This document shows, piece by piece, positions 1 to 10,947 of a stretch of 64,000 nt of DNA. This DNA comes from Escherichia coli. Lineage in GTDB: Bacteria; Pseudomonadota; Gammaproteobacteria; Enterobacterales; Enterobacteriaceae. The stretch lies in assembly GCF_051903065.1 (NCBI RefSeq), contig NZ_CP178438.1; one strand, given 5' to 3'. The translations under genes were made by a program, and so were the position numbers. Under the pieces are notes generated by a model. That model made no database searches, was not told the origin of the DNA, and saw only the letters and a program-made list of their open reading frames with translations. The first letter of the stretch is position 1. Each line of letters starts with the position of its first letter.

Positions 1-70
1 CTCGCCGCAATGCTGGTTGGTCGTCCTGGTTAGGATCGATAACAACGAGCATGTTCTGATACATAGCCAT
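1..70 (-). CDS. uspE: universal stress protein E, N-terminal end only (gene runs off the window start)
   Basis: Reverse complement of 1-70 translates [23 protein letters not shown]; start codon complement at 68-70. Confidence 0.7.
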
Positions 71-221
71 ACAGGGTCTCCTTACAACAACTGTCAACGC
101 AGTTTGTAATTAAAAGATTAACCCATATCTGGTGAATGAAACAGTGATGAACCTTCTGCCAGATCAATAAATCAGAAAAATTTAATGATATGACAGAAGG
201 ATAGTGAGTTATGCGGAAAAA

Positions 222-974
222 TCAGGCAACGTTACGCGTATGACCAGCAAGCTGGGCCAGCGCATCGTTATTTTCGATGGTGATGTATTTACCTTTGACT
301 GCCAGCATACCGCTTTTCTGGAAGCGACCCAGCAGACGGCTGATGGTTTCTACCGTCAGGCCCAGATAGTTACCGATATCGCCACGAGTCATCGTCAGGC
401 GGAATTCACGAGGGGAGAAGCCGCGTTGGGCAAAACGACGGGACAGGTTGTAGATGAATGCAGCCAGACGTTCCTCGGCATTTTTCTTCGACAACAGCAG
501 GATCATGTCCTGATCGCCTTTGATTTCACCGCTCATCAGACGCATCATCTGCTGACGCAGATTCGGCATTTTACCGGACAAATCGTCCAGCGTTTCGAAC
601 GGGATTTCACATACCATCGAGGTTTCCAGCGCCTGCGCGAAGCTCGGGTGATGGCCGCTGCCGATGGCGTCAAATCCCACCAGGTCGCCTGCTAAATGGA
701 AACCAGTGATTTGCTCGTCGCCTTGCTCAGTGATGGTATAACTTTTAATCGTACCGGAGCGGATGGCATAAAGCGATTTAAGTTCATCACCAGCCTTAAA
801 CAGCGTCTGGCCTTTCTGAATAGGCTTCTTCCGCTCAATGATATTATCAAGCTGATCAAGCTCATGTTCGTTGAGTGTGAACGGGATGCAAAGCTGGCTG
901 ATGCTGCAATCCTGGCAATGGATAGCACAACCGCCAGACTGAATGCGCCGTATAATTCGCTTTTCCGGGATCAT
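222..974 (-). CDS. fnr: FNR anaerobic global regulator (CRP/FNR family)
   Basis: ORF 222-1031 contains [29 protein letters not shown] with the N-terminal Cys cluster; start trimmed to the MIPEK Met for a 250-aa product. Confidence 0.96.
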
Positions 975-993
975 AGGTCTGCTCAAGCCGTAA

Positions 994-1007
994 TTGATAT
1001 TTGTCAA
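994..1007. promoter_or_regulatory. FNR-box-like inverted repeat TTGATATTTGTCAA just upstream of the fnr start (autoregulatory site)
   Basis: Matches TTGAT-N4-ATCAA at 13 of 14 positions, about 20 nt upstream of the fnr start codon. Confidence 0.55.
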
Positions 1008-1168
1008 TTTTAACATCTTTTTAGGGAGCAAGTAAGTCTAAGCAAACCTTAACAGCAGAGAATTCCGATATTAGATGTAAATATATGTCTATCTATTTGA
1101 AAACCCTTAAGTTGTTAAGGGTAACTTTACATAAAAGTGTGAACAAGCTGGCACAAATTGTTTAATGT

Positions 1169-1684
1169 TTACAGCAAAAGATAACCTTCGTGGCGCAATA
1201 ACCACTCTTTTCGCTGAACTCCGCCTGCATATCCGGTCATGGTGCCGTTTCGGCCAATAACCCGATGGCAAGGTACGACGATGCTGATGGGATTCGATCC
1301 GTTTGCCGCACCAACGGCACGCGCCGCGCCAGGACGGCCCAATTGCTCAGCCAGTTCGCCGTAATGCATTACCTGCCCGCAGGGGATAGTGCGTAGTGTT
1401 TTCCAGACTTCGCGCTGAAATGGCGTCCCCCCCGTAGCAGTGGGAAGCGTATCAATAATGCTAAGATTACCGGCAAAATATTCACGAAGCTTGTCGCTTA
1501 AACCGCCTGGATTGGTGGCAGAAATGCGCTCATAGCCTTCTTTGCGATAATGGATGTCCAGCAGCTGCACCATGCGTTCGCTGTACTCTTCCCATTCAAC
1601 CGCCCGCAGGCGAAATTGCTCATCGCAAATCACCCACAGTGGACCCAGTGGCGTGGCAATTTTTTCTTCAAGTAATCTCAGCAT
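1169..1684 (-). CDS. ogt: O6-alkylguanine-DNA methyltransferase
   Basis: 171-aa ORF with the PCHRV active-site motif ([12 protein letters not shown]). Confidence 0.95.
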   Translation of the reverse strand: MLRLLEEKIATPLGPLWVICDEQFRLRAVEWEEYSERMVQLLDIHYRKEGYERISATNPGGLSDKLREYFAGNLSIIDTLPTATGGTPFQREVWKTLRTIPCGQVMHYGELAEQLGRPGAARAVGAANGSNPISIVVPCHRVIGRNGTMTGYAGGVQRKEWLLRHEGYLLL

Positions 1685-1694
1685 CCGTTCTCTC

Positions 1695-3221
1695 TTAAGA
1701 CAAACGTGGGTAAATACCCGGACCTATCGGCAGACCGACAAGATACCACGCCAGCAACATCAGCAGCCATACCACCAAAAAGATAAGTGGATAGGGCAAG
1801 ACTAACGAATAGTAAGTACCCAGTTTCGCGTCTGGTTTGTAGCGTTGCAGGAATCCAAGAAACAGTGGAACAAAAGGAGATACTGGCGCTAAAGGCAATA
1901 CGGATGAGTCGGCAATACGAAAGAGGATTTGCGCAAATGCCGGGTGAAAGCCAAGTAGCATAAACATTGGTACGAAAATGGGGGCCAGTATCGACCAGAT
2001 TGCGGAACCGCTGGCGATAAACATGCATAAGAAAGAGGAAAGCAACGCCAGACCGACAAACGCCGGGATGCCGCTAAGCCCTGAACTTTCCAGTATATCG
2101 GTCAGCCCCACGGCGATGAATTTCCCCATGTTGCTCCAGTTAAACATGGCGACAAATTGGGCGAGGGGAAAAACCATCACGATAAATCCCGCCATCTCTT
2201 TCATCGGTTCAATCATTAAATGCGGTAAATCCGCCTGACGTCGAATTGTGCGGGTAGCGATGCCATAAGCCAGCGAGACAACAAAGAAAAAAAGAATGAT
2301 CAGTGGCACGATACCTTTAATAAAGGGTGATGGCATCACGGTGTGATTAATCGGATCGCGTAATATCCCGTTTTCCGGGATCACCATCAGCGCAATCGCA
2401 GCAATAAAAAGTAGCGATACGACACCTGCTATGCGTAAACCAAAACGCTGACTTTCGGTCAATGTCTGCAGTTTCTCATCGCTGTTTCCCTGCCATTGAC
2501 CTAACCGTGGCTCGATGATTTTGTCGGTTATCAGGCCGCCAACAATCGTCAGTACGACTACGGAGCTGGCCATAAAATACCAGTTATCAATTACACTGAC
2601 GTGCATTTGCGGATTGAACGCAGCCGCCGCTTCCGTGCTGATCCCCGACAGCAACACGTCGGTTGTGACAATCAGTAAATTAGCCGTAAAGCCGCAACCT
2701 ACGCCTGCAATGGCAGCCAGTAAACCTGCAACTGGATGCCTGCCCACCGCCAGAAAAATCAGCGCACCCATCGGTGGCATGATCACTAACGCCGCATCGG
2801 AAGAAATGTGGCTGAAAAAAGCAATAAACAGCACCATATAACTGGCGTAGCGGGCATTAACATGCGATGCCATTTTAACCATTAGCGCTGGCAGTAAGCC
2901 GACGCGCTCCGCCAGACCGGCACCTAAAACCAGCGCCAGGATCGCACCAAGTGGAGCAAAACCGCTAAAGTTTTTAATAACATTGGGTAAAAACCAGTGT
3001 AATCCTTCAACACTGAGCAGGTTTTTCACCACCACCGGCGTACCATCGGTCGGGTTTTTCGCACTGACGCCAAAGGCCGACAAAATTGCCGTCGTCACCA
3101 TGAGTACGATAATCAAATAGATAAAGAGCAAAAAAGGATGGGGAACCTTGTTACCAATTCTTTCGACCCAGCCATAGAGCTTCCCGGATTGGGAGGACGA
3201 CGGTATGGATGACATACTCAT
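1695..3221 (-). CDS. abgT: p-aminobenzoyl-glutamate transporter (AbgT family)
   Basis: ORF 1695-3227 is polytopic membrane protein [23 protein letters not shown]; start set at 3221 because the GAGG Shine-Dalgarno (complement of 3229-3232) sits about 7 nt upstream. Confidence 0.9.
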   Translation of the reverse strand: MSMSSIPSSSQSGKLYGWVERIGNKVPHPFLLFIYLIIVLMVTTAILSAFGVSAKNPTDGTPVVVKNLLSVEGLHWFLPNVIKNFSGFAPLGAILALVLGAGLAERVGLLPALMVKMASHVNARYASYMVLFIAFFSHISSDAALVIMPPMGALIFLAVGRHPVAGLLAAIAGVGCGFTANLLIVTTDVLLSGISTEAAAAFNPQMHVSVIDNWYFMASSVVVLTIVGGLITDKIIEPRLGQWQGNSDEKLQTLTESQRFGLRIAGVVSLLFIAAIALMVIPENGILRDPINHTVMPSPFIKGIVPLIILFFFVVSLAYGIATRTIRRQADLPHLMIEPMKEMAGFIVMVFPLAQFVAMFNWSNMGKFIAVGLTDILESSGLSGIPAFVGLALLSSFLCMFIASGSAIWSILAPIFVPMFMLLGFHPAFAQILFRIADSSVLPLAPVSPFVPLFLGFLQRYKPDAKLGTYYSLVLPYPLIFLVVWLLMLLAWYLVGLPIGPGIYPRLS

Positions 3222-3257
3222 GGGCATTCCTCGGTTGTTGTGTTTGCGTTGTTGTTG

Positions 3258-4692
3258 TTATTTTAAAGGTGACGGTGTCACGTTTTTCGGGATAGGGCAG
3301 TGGTACGGTTGCGTGTCCGTTACTTGCTGATGCTCTTGTTGGCATTCTTGCAATAGCCCTGAATCAAGGAAGAGATTGACTGTGGTTGCTGCCATAGTTT
3401 TCGCCGCCAGCAGCATTCCTTTATGAGCAATAGATGTTCGCCCCTGGCTAACCAGTTGCCACGTATGTAGGGGTGTACCGACGGCAAAACAGGGGCTGAA
3501 ACACTGGGCAACAGGCAGTTTCCAACTGACGTCGCCGACATCAGTCGATGCCGCAAGCACGTTATCGGTGGCGGCATATGGAGCGACTTCATTCGCCAGT
3601 ACCGTTTCACGATGACGTAGTGCAAAAACCTTGCCGTTTTCGCCACCGGTTGCGGCGATATTATTCAGACTGTTTTGCCGATCGTTGGAGGTGAGCGTAG
3701 CCTGAATTTGTTTCGCAAAAGCCAGTTCTTCGGAGTTCCATTCCGGGGTACCAAAATGGGATAGGGCCTGGTACATGGCATTTTCTAAGGTGCGATTCGG
3801 GAGATAACTGGAACAGGCTTTGTCGAAGCGGCATTCAACCTTGGTTTCGGTCATCAATGCCGCACCTTCGGCGATTTTGGCGACCCGATCATAAATATGC
3901 TGCACGTCGGTCATTTCGGGGGCGCGGATAAGATAAAGCACTTCTGCCTGCGCCTGGACCACGTTGGGCGAGATCCCGCCGCTATTTGTGATGGCATAGT
4001 GTACGCGCGCTTTTTCAATAATATGTTCGTTGAGGAAGTTGGTGCCAGTGGTCATCAACGTTACGGCATCAAGGGCGCTGCGTCCCAAATGAGGGGAATT
4101 CGCGGCATGTGCTGCGATCCCTTTAAAGCGCCATGATGCCTGAATGTTTGCCAGCGTGCGGGTATTGAACATACCGGCAAAGGCTTCCGGGTGCCAGGTG
4201 AGTGCCGCATCCACATCATCAAATACCCCCTCGCGAACCATGAACGTTTTACCCGAGCCGCCTTCTTCGCCAGGACAACCATAAAAGCGCACCGTGCCGC
4301 CTTGCCCATATTGTTCCAGCCATTTCTTGACGGCTATTGCAGCGGCAAAGGCGGCGGTTCCCAGCAAATTGTGTCCGCAACCGTGACCATTTTCACCGGG
4401 CGTCACGGATGTAGGTTGCGCGCAACCTGCTTGCTGACTTAAACCTGCCAGGGCGTCATATTCTCCCAGCAGGGCGATAACCGGTTTGCCTTGACCAAAC
4501 GAAGCAATAAAGGCATTTGGGATATTGCCTACGGGTGAAGCCTGCAGATTCCAGCGCCGAAGCCAGATGCTCCGCTGACCAGAACTCTTCAAAACGTGTT
4601 TCTGGATGATCCCAGATTTGATCGGCAATATCGGTATAACGTTGGCGATCGGCTTCAATCGCATCGTCGATAAAACGATAGATTTCCTGCAT
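3258..4692 (-). pseudogene. abgB: p-aminobenzoyl-glutamate hydrolase subunit B (M20 peptidase), reading frame disrupted near 4530-4540
   Basis: N-terminus MQEIYRFIDDAIEADRQRYTDIADQIWDHPETRFEEFWSAEHLASALESAGFT is in one frame (ORF 4456-4692); the rest from VGNIPNAFIASFGQGKPVIALLGEYD is in the adjacent frame (ORF 3258-4664); the switch is at a GGG run, plus-strand 4533-4535. Confidence 0.8.
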
Positions 4693-6002
4693 CAGATACC
4701 TCGCGTCCAGGGAAAATTGAGCGCGGTGCGCGCCAGCGTTTCGACGGCAATAGCGAGAACCTGCTCGTCAAAATCGAATTTTTCGTTGTGATGACCTGCC
4801 GCCAGCTGTGTGCCAAACACCACGTAGGAGGCTTGCCCTTGATGTTGCTGCACGCGGGCCATCATTAATGTGGCATCTTCGGAACCCGCAGGCGCTTCAA
4901 CACGTTCAATGGCCTGATTAACCCCCGCTACCTGAGCCGCCTGACTTTGCAACCATGCGACCCATTGCGGCGAAGGAGAACTGGCGGTAGCTGCACCCAT
5001 CAGACGAGTTTCAACGCCGACACCATACATGGTTGCTGCGCCCTGAATCGCTTGTTGTGCACGGTCAAAAACATATTGATTAATGACGTCGCTGGCCCCG
5101 CGTGTTTCCACTTTCAGCAACGCCGAGGCAGGAACAACATTACGACCGCTTCCTGCCTGCATAACGCCCACGTTTACTCTGGAAGCGCCTTCGCTGTGCG
5201 GGGCGATTGCATGTAGAGCAAGAGTTGCTTGTGCTGCCGCCAACAAGGCATTGTGACCGTCTTCTGGTTTTGCGCCTGCGTGAGCGGCGGTCCCGGTGAA
5301 GTGCGCGTCAAATTTGGTGGTTGCCATAAAATTATCACTGCCGCACACCACGGTGCCCGCAGGTACGCCAGTGCCAATGTGCACGGCAGTAAAATAATCA
5401 ACATCATCTACGACACCTGCATCGACCATCGCCCGCGCGCCACGCGTACCTTCTTCTGCAGGTTGAAAAATCAGTTTGATGATGCCATGTAGTCCGGACT
5501 CGAACTGTTTAAGGGTATGCGCCAGCCCAAGCCCAATGGCGGTATGCCCATCATGACCACAGGCATGCATCATTCCGGCGTTACATGACGCAAAACCGTC
5601 GCGGTAGGGGCGATGGCTGACATCCTGCTCTTCACTGAGATCCAGCGCGTCCATATCGACACGGAAAGCCATCACCGGACCGGGGCGACCGGTATCCAGG
5701 GTGGCGACGATACCCGTGAAACCACCTTCAAAAGCCGCAATCCATTGTGCTAGCGCACCCTGTTGACGAGCGCGCTCGAATTCGCGTTGTAGAGTGAGTT
5801 CATCAGGTAGTCCCATCCGACTACTTTCATTAACTACTTCGCGGCCCAGCGCCAGTGAATAGCCGAGCTGCTGCAATTCTTCCGCAACAAGGGTGGCAGT
5901 GCGGAATTCCACCCAGCCAGACTCTGCATAGTGATGAAAATCACGTCGCCAGTGCGATAATTTTGGGGCAAGCGAATTAACAAATTGATTCAAAGACTCC
6001 AT
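4692..6002 (-). CDS. abgA: p-aminobenzoyl-glutamate hydrolase subunit A (M20 family)
   Basis: ORF 4692-6017, start trimmed to MESLNQFVNSLAPK (436 aa); stop overlaps the abgB ATG (TGATG). Confidence 0.92.
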   Translation of the reverse strand: MESLNQFVNSLAPKLSHWRRDFHHYAESGWVEFRTATLVAEELQQLGYSLALGREVVNESSRMGLPDELTLQREFERARQQGALAQWIAAFEGGFTGIVATLDTGRPGPVMAFRVDMDALDLSEEQDVSHRPYRDGFASCNAGMMHACGHDGHTAIGLGLAHTLKQFESGLHGIIKLIFQPAEEGTRGARAMVDAGVVDDVDYFTAVHIGTGVPAGTVVCGSDNFMATTKFDAHFTGTAAHAGAKPEDGHNALLAAAQATLALHAIAPHSEGASRVNVGVMQAGSGRNVVPASALLKVETRGASDVINQYVFDRAQQAIQGAATMYGVGVETRLMGAATASSPSPQWVAWLQSQAAQVAGVNQAIERVEAPAGSEDATLMMARVQQHQGQASYVVFGTQLAAGHHNEKFDFDEQVLAIAVETLARTALNFPWTRGI

Positions 6003-6177
6003 AACCTTTCCCGTCATCAGTAAAAAGTGTGACCCGGTTCACGTAGCGATAGTTTTTACTTATCACTAACTGATTTTTCACAGTTTTAACCGTTCATAAA
6101 TTACCCTGACACAATCATCTGCATTAAAGTAGATGCCAGTTTCTTTGGTCTGATAAATAACGGTTATCGGTGGCGTC

Positions 6178-7086
6178 ATGGCTTTTCAGGTAAAAATTCA
6201 TCAAATTCGGGCTTTTGTTGAAGTGGCTCGTCAGGGCAGCATTCGCGGAGCGAGCCGAATGTTGAATATGTCGCAACCGGCACTGAGTAAATCTATTCAG
6301 GAGCTGGAAGAAGGGTTAGCGGCGCAACTCTTTTTTCGCCGTAGTAAAGGTGTGACGTTAACTGATGCCGGTGAAAGTTTTTATCAGCACGCCAGTCTTA
6401 TTCTTGAAGAGCTGCGCGCAGCCCAAGAGGATATTCGCCAACGACAAGGGCAACTGGCAGGGCAGATTAATATCGGCATGGGGGCCAGTATTTCCCGCAG
6501 TCTGATGCCAGCTGTCATATCTCGTTTTCATCAGCAGCATCCGCAGGTAAAAGTACGCATTATGGAAGGGCAACTGGTGTCGATGATTAATGAATTGCGT
6601 CAGGGAGAATTGGATTTCACCATCAATACCTATTATCAGGGACCGTACGACCACGAATTTACTTTTGAGAAATTACTGGAAAAGCAATTCGCGATCTTTT
6701 GCCGCCCGGGACACCCCGCCATTGGTGCCCGTTCGATCAAACAGTTACTGGATTACAGCTGGACAATGCCGACGCCACACGGCAGCTACTACAAACAGTT
6801 GAGTGAATTGCTTGACGATCAGGCGCAAACGCCACAGGTCGGTGTAGTCTGCGAGACGTTCTCAGCCTGTATCAGTCTGGTGGCAAAAAGCGATTTTCTC
6901 AGCATACTGCCTGAAGAAATGGGCTGCGATCCCTTGCACGGACAGGGGCTGGTGATGTTGCCGGTTAGCGAAATTTTACCGAAAGCGGCCTATTATTTGA
7001 TTCAGCGGCGTGATAGTCGCCAGACACCACTGACCGCGTCATTAATCACGCAATTCCGGCGAGAATGCGGCTATCTGCAAAGTTAA
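6178..7086 (+). CDS. abgR: LysR-type transcriptional regulator of the abg operon
   Basis: 302-aa ORF with N-terminal HTH (ASRMLNMSQPALSKSIQELEE), divergent from abgA. Confidence 0.93.
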   Translation: MAFQVKIHQIRAFVEVARQGSIRGASRMLNMSQPALSKSIQELEEGLAAQLFFRRSKGVTLTDAGESFYQHASLILEELRAAQEDIRQRQGQLAGQINIGMGASISRSLMPAVISRFHQQHPQVKVRIMEGQLVSMINELRQGELDFTINTYYQGPYDHEFTFEKLLEKQFAIFCRPGHPAIGARSIKQLLDYSWTMPTPHGSYYKQLSELLDDQAQTPQVGVVCETFSACISLVAKSDFLSILPEEMGCDPLHGQGLVMLPVSEILPKAAYYLIQRRDSRQTPLTASLITQFRRECGYLQS

Positions 7087-7093
7087 AACTGCA

Positions 7094-7188
7094 TAAAAAA
7101 ATAGAGTCTGTCGACATCCGCCAGACTCTACAGTACACACAGCAGTGCATCCGCGTCTTAAATCCGGCATTGTCTCCTCTGCGCCGGT
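7094..7188 (-). ncRNA. mcaS: McaS (IsrA) small RNA with intrinsic terminator
   Basis: abgR-smrA intergenic; minus-strand hairpin TAGAGTCTG / CAGACTCTA (7102-7130) followed by a U7 tract; TATAAC -10 box just upstream of the predicted 5' end; about 95 nt, matching the known position. Confidence 0.7.
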
Positions 7189-7415
7189 GACTGTGTTATA
7201 ACGGTTTTAACCTTTAGTTGCCAATTTTCTTCAGTGACAGATTTCACGAAAATATAAGTTACATTATTAATATCGTGAATGAATAATCATGCATAAGCAT
7301 TTTGCTTAAAATATCGGCAATATTTGGAACTTATTACTGGAATTTTGGGTAATACGTTGTTGGACCGACCCGGTCTGGTTATCATATCGCGCTCTTAATT
7401 GCGGGAGGATGTAAC

Positions 7416-7979
7416 ATGAACCTTGACGACAAATCGCTGTTTCTTGACGCCATGGAAGATGTCCAGCCGCTGAAACGTGCTACCGATGTCCACTGGCATC
7501 CAACGCGTAACCAACGTGCGCCGCAGCGTATCGACACGCTGCAGCTTGATAATTTCCTCACTACCGGATTTCTCGACATTATCCCGCTAAGTCAGCCGCT
7601 GGAGTTTCGGCGGGAAGGGTTGCAACATGGGGTGCTGGATAAGCTGCGTAGTGGTAAATATCCGCAACAGGCGAGCCTGAATCTTTTGCGCCAGCCGGTG
7701 GAAGAGTGCCGCAAAATGGTGTTCAGTTTCATTCAACAAGCCCTGGCGGATGGTTTGCGTAACGTGCTGATTATTCATGGTAAAGGGCGGGATGATAAAT
7801 CGCATGCCAATATTGTCCGCAGCTATGTGGCGCGCTGGCTGACCGAATTTGATGATGTTCAGGCATATTGCACCGCACTACCGCATCATGGCGGCAGCGG
7901 GGCGTGTTACGTCGCACTACGTAAAACGGCGCAGGCGAAGCAAGAAAACTGGGAGCGCCACGCTAAGCGCAGTCGTTGA
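7416..7979 (+). CDS. smrA: Smr-domain DNA endonuclease
   Basis: 187-aa ORF MNLDDKSLFLDAMEDVQPLK with C-terminal Smr domain (LIIHGKGRDDKS). Confidence 0.9.
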   Translation: MNLDDKSLFLDAMEDVQPLKRATDVHWHPTRNQRAPQRIDTLQLDNFLTTGFLDIIPLSQPLEFRREGLQHGVLDKLRSGKYPQQASLNLLRQPVEECRKMVFSFIQQALADGLRNVLIIHGKGRDDKSHANIVRSYVARWLTEFDDVQAYCTALPHHGGSGACYVALRKTAQAKQENWERHAKRSR

Positions 7980-7999
7980 TCTCGAGACGCATCCGCGGC

Positions 8000-9232
8000 T
8001 TATGCCGCCAGCACGCGGTTGCGTCCATCATTTTTCGCCCGATACAAAGCATCATCAACGCGTTTAAACAGTTCATCGATGCTTTCATTTCCTTCGTGAT
8101 GCGCCACACCAATGCTGACGGTAAAGCGTGGTAAGCCCGAAATACTCACTTTTGCCACGCTTACGCGGATAGTTTCAGCCAGCGAAAGTGCAGTATCCAG
8201 TGGGGTTCTTGGTAGCAATAAGACAAACTCTTCGCCTCCCCAACGAAACACCAAATCGCCTTTGCGAGCGCAACTTTCGAGGGTGCGGGCGAGGGCGCAT
8301 AACACCTCATCACCTTTAGAATGCCCATAGAGATCGTTAATGTGTTTAAAACGATCGGTGTCGATGAGCAACAAGCTGTAATCCTGAGCGATGGCGAGAT
8401 GCTGCATTTGGCCTGGTTCCGTAATGTGATAAAACTGTCGCCGATTCAGTAATCCGGTCATCGCGTCATGGTGAGCAGCATGTTCCAGCTGCTCCTCCAG
8501 CCGTTTTTGCTCAGTAATATCATGCACAATACATAACATGAGCTTGTCGCCATAAATTTCAATCGGTCCGGCATAGGTCTGCACATGACGAGTAGAACCA
8601 TCCGCCAGCCTATGAATAAAATTCAAAGGCTTATGACCACCGGGTAAATGCGAGATTTCATGCATGATAGGCATGACGCGACGCCCGAGCATATTAATTT
8701 CCCATGTATGTTTCTGGCACATCGTTTCATGGTTATAACCATAGAAATTGAGCGCGGCGAGGTTAGCATCGACGATTTGGCCATCTCGTGAGGGGTCAAT
8801 CAACAACATTGGTGCAGAGTTAGTCAGAAAAAAGCGCGCATAAAAACCTTGTTTTTTGCGCTGATAATTTGCCGAGCGACTGGCTTTTAAACCCAGCGTT
8901 GTCGGCGCTTCGATTCCTTCGAAAATAATCACCGGTTCTGCTTCTGTCAGCTTTCGCAAAACAAGCCGACAGCTCAATGCTGTTTCCTCTTCATTGCGCT
9001 GAACGGTGAGGATTTCGATAATATCGTGTTGGTTTTGCAGATCGGAGAGGTATTTCGGCAGTTCTTTTTGTGAGGAGACGGAATAGGGACCGGTTCGTAG
9101 CTGACTAAACGTGAGGTCTTGCATCAACAGTCGCGCCGCGCTATTGGCATAAATTAACTGTTCCTCAAAGGGCGAAACGATCCAGACAGGACTGGTGAGT
9201 AAGTCCAGGGTATTGAAGTTGTGCGTAATCAT
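8000..9232 (-). CDS. dgcM: PAS-GGDEF diguanylate cyclase
   Basis: 410-aa ORF with GGEEF active-site motif (VFRWGGEEFVLLL) and N-terminal PAS regions. Confidence 0.93.
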   Translation of the reverse strand: MITHNFNTLDLLTSPVWIVSPFEEQLIYANSAARLLMQDLTFSQLRTGPYSVSSQKELPKYLSDLQNQHDIIEILTVQRNEEETALSCRLVLRKLTEAEPVIIFEGIEAPTTLGLKASRSANYQRKKQGFYARFFLTNSAPMLLIDPSRDGQIVDANLAALNFYGYNHETMCQKHTWEINMLGRRVMPIMHEISHLPGGHKPLNFIHRLADGSTRHVQTYAGPIEIYGDKLMLCIVHDITEQKRLEEQLEHAAHHDAMTGLLNRRQFYHITEPGQMQHLAIAQDYSLLLIDTDRFKHINDLYGHSKGDEVLCALARTLESCARKGDLVFRWGGEEFVLLLPRTPLDTALSLAETIRVSVAKVSISGLPRFTVSIGVAHHEGNESIDELFKRVDDALYRAKNDGRNRVLAA

Positions 9233-9465
9233 TGAGATCCCATTATTTTTATCAATTTTTGTTGCTATCCGATCGCAATAAAGTCACGTCATATGATCAG
9301 ATAATTCTGATAATGATAGACGCTATTTAACACTTCACACGGTTTGTATACGGAAAAGCATTTTGCTTTTTGTATTCAATTTAGACAGAATTTTATTAAT
9401 CATTTCAGGGTAATGGGGTGATGAGATGTTGCGTAACAGGGCCAGAAGGCTAGACTACAAAATAA

Positions 9466-10470
<1,005 letters not shown>

Positions 10471-10516
10471 CAAAAGCAATTTTTCCGGCTGTCTGTATAC
10501 AAAAACGCCGCAAAGT

Positions 10517-10530
10517 TTGAGCGAAGTCAA
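10517..10530. promoter_or_regulatory. FNR-box-like site TTGAGCGAAGTCAA upstream of fnrS
   Basis: TTGAN-N4-NTCAA half-sites centred about 41 nt upstream of the predicted fnrS 5' end, with a CAATAT -10-like hexamer at 10553-10558. Confidence 0.55.
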
Positions 10531-10565
10531 TAAACTCTCTACCCATTCAGGGCAATATCTCTCTT

Positions 10566-10687
10566 GCAGGTGAATGCAACGTCAAGCGATGGGCGTTGCG
10601 CTCCATATTGTCTTACTTCCTTTTTTGAATTACTGCATAGCACAATTGATTCGTACGACGCCGACTTTGATGAGTCGGCTTTTTTTT
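10566..10687 (+). ncRNA. fnrS: FnrS small RNA (FNR-activated) with intrinsic terminator
   Basis: zntB-dbpA intergenic; canonical terminator GCCGACT-ttgatga-GTCGGC then T8 (10660-10687); C/U-rich single-stranded stretch CTTACTTCCTTTTTT; about 122 nt. Confidence 0.7.
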
Positions 10688-10744
10688 GCCTGTTATTTAT
10701 CAGCGTCTACCCTTTAAGAGTCCACCCAATGACCAGAGGGAAAT

Positions 10745-10918
10745 ATGACGACACTTATTTATTTGCAAATTCCTGTCCCTGAACCGATTCCTGGCGATCC
10801 TGTTCCAGTGCCCGATCCGATCCCTCGCCCGCAACCCATGCCTGACCCACCACCCGATGAAGAACCGATTAAATTGTCGCATCGTGAACGTAGATCTGCG
10901 AGGATACGCGCCTGCTAA
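10745..10918 (+). CDS. hypothetical proline-rich small protein (57 aa) upstream of dbpA
   Basis: ATG at 10745 with GAGGG Shine-Dalgarno 6 nt upstream; translation MTTLIYLQIPVPEPIPGDPVPVPDPIPRPQPMPDPPPDEEPIKLSHRERRSARIRAC; below the 60-aa cut-off of the ORF track. Confidence 0.3.
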   Translation: MTTLIYLQIPVPEPIPGDPVPVPDPIPRPQPMPDPPPDEEPIKLSHRERRSARIRAC

Positions 10919-10947
10919 CTTTGCGTCGATGACCACGAGAATAGATT

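Noticed and set aside
204-695. 163-aa plus-strand ORF
   Set aside because: Antisense to fnr, whose product is unambiguous; no Shine-Dalgarno, and composition mirrors the opposite strand.
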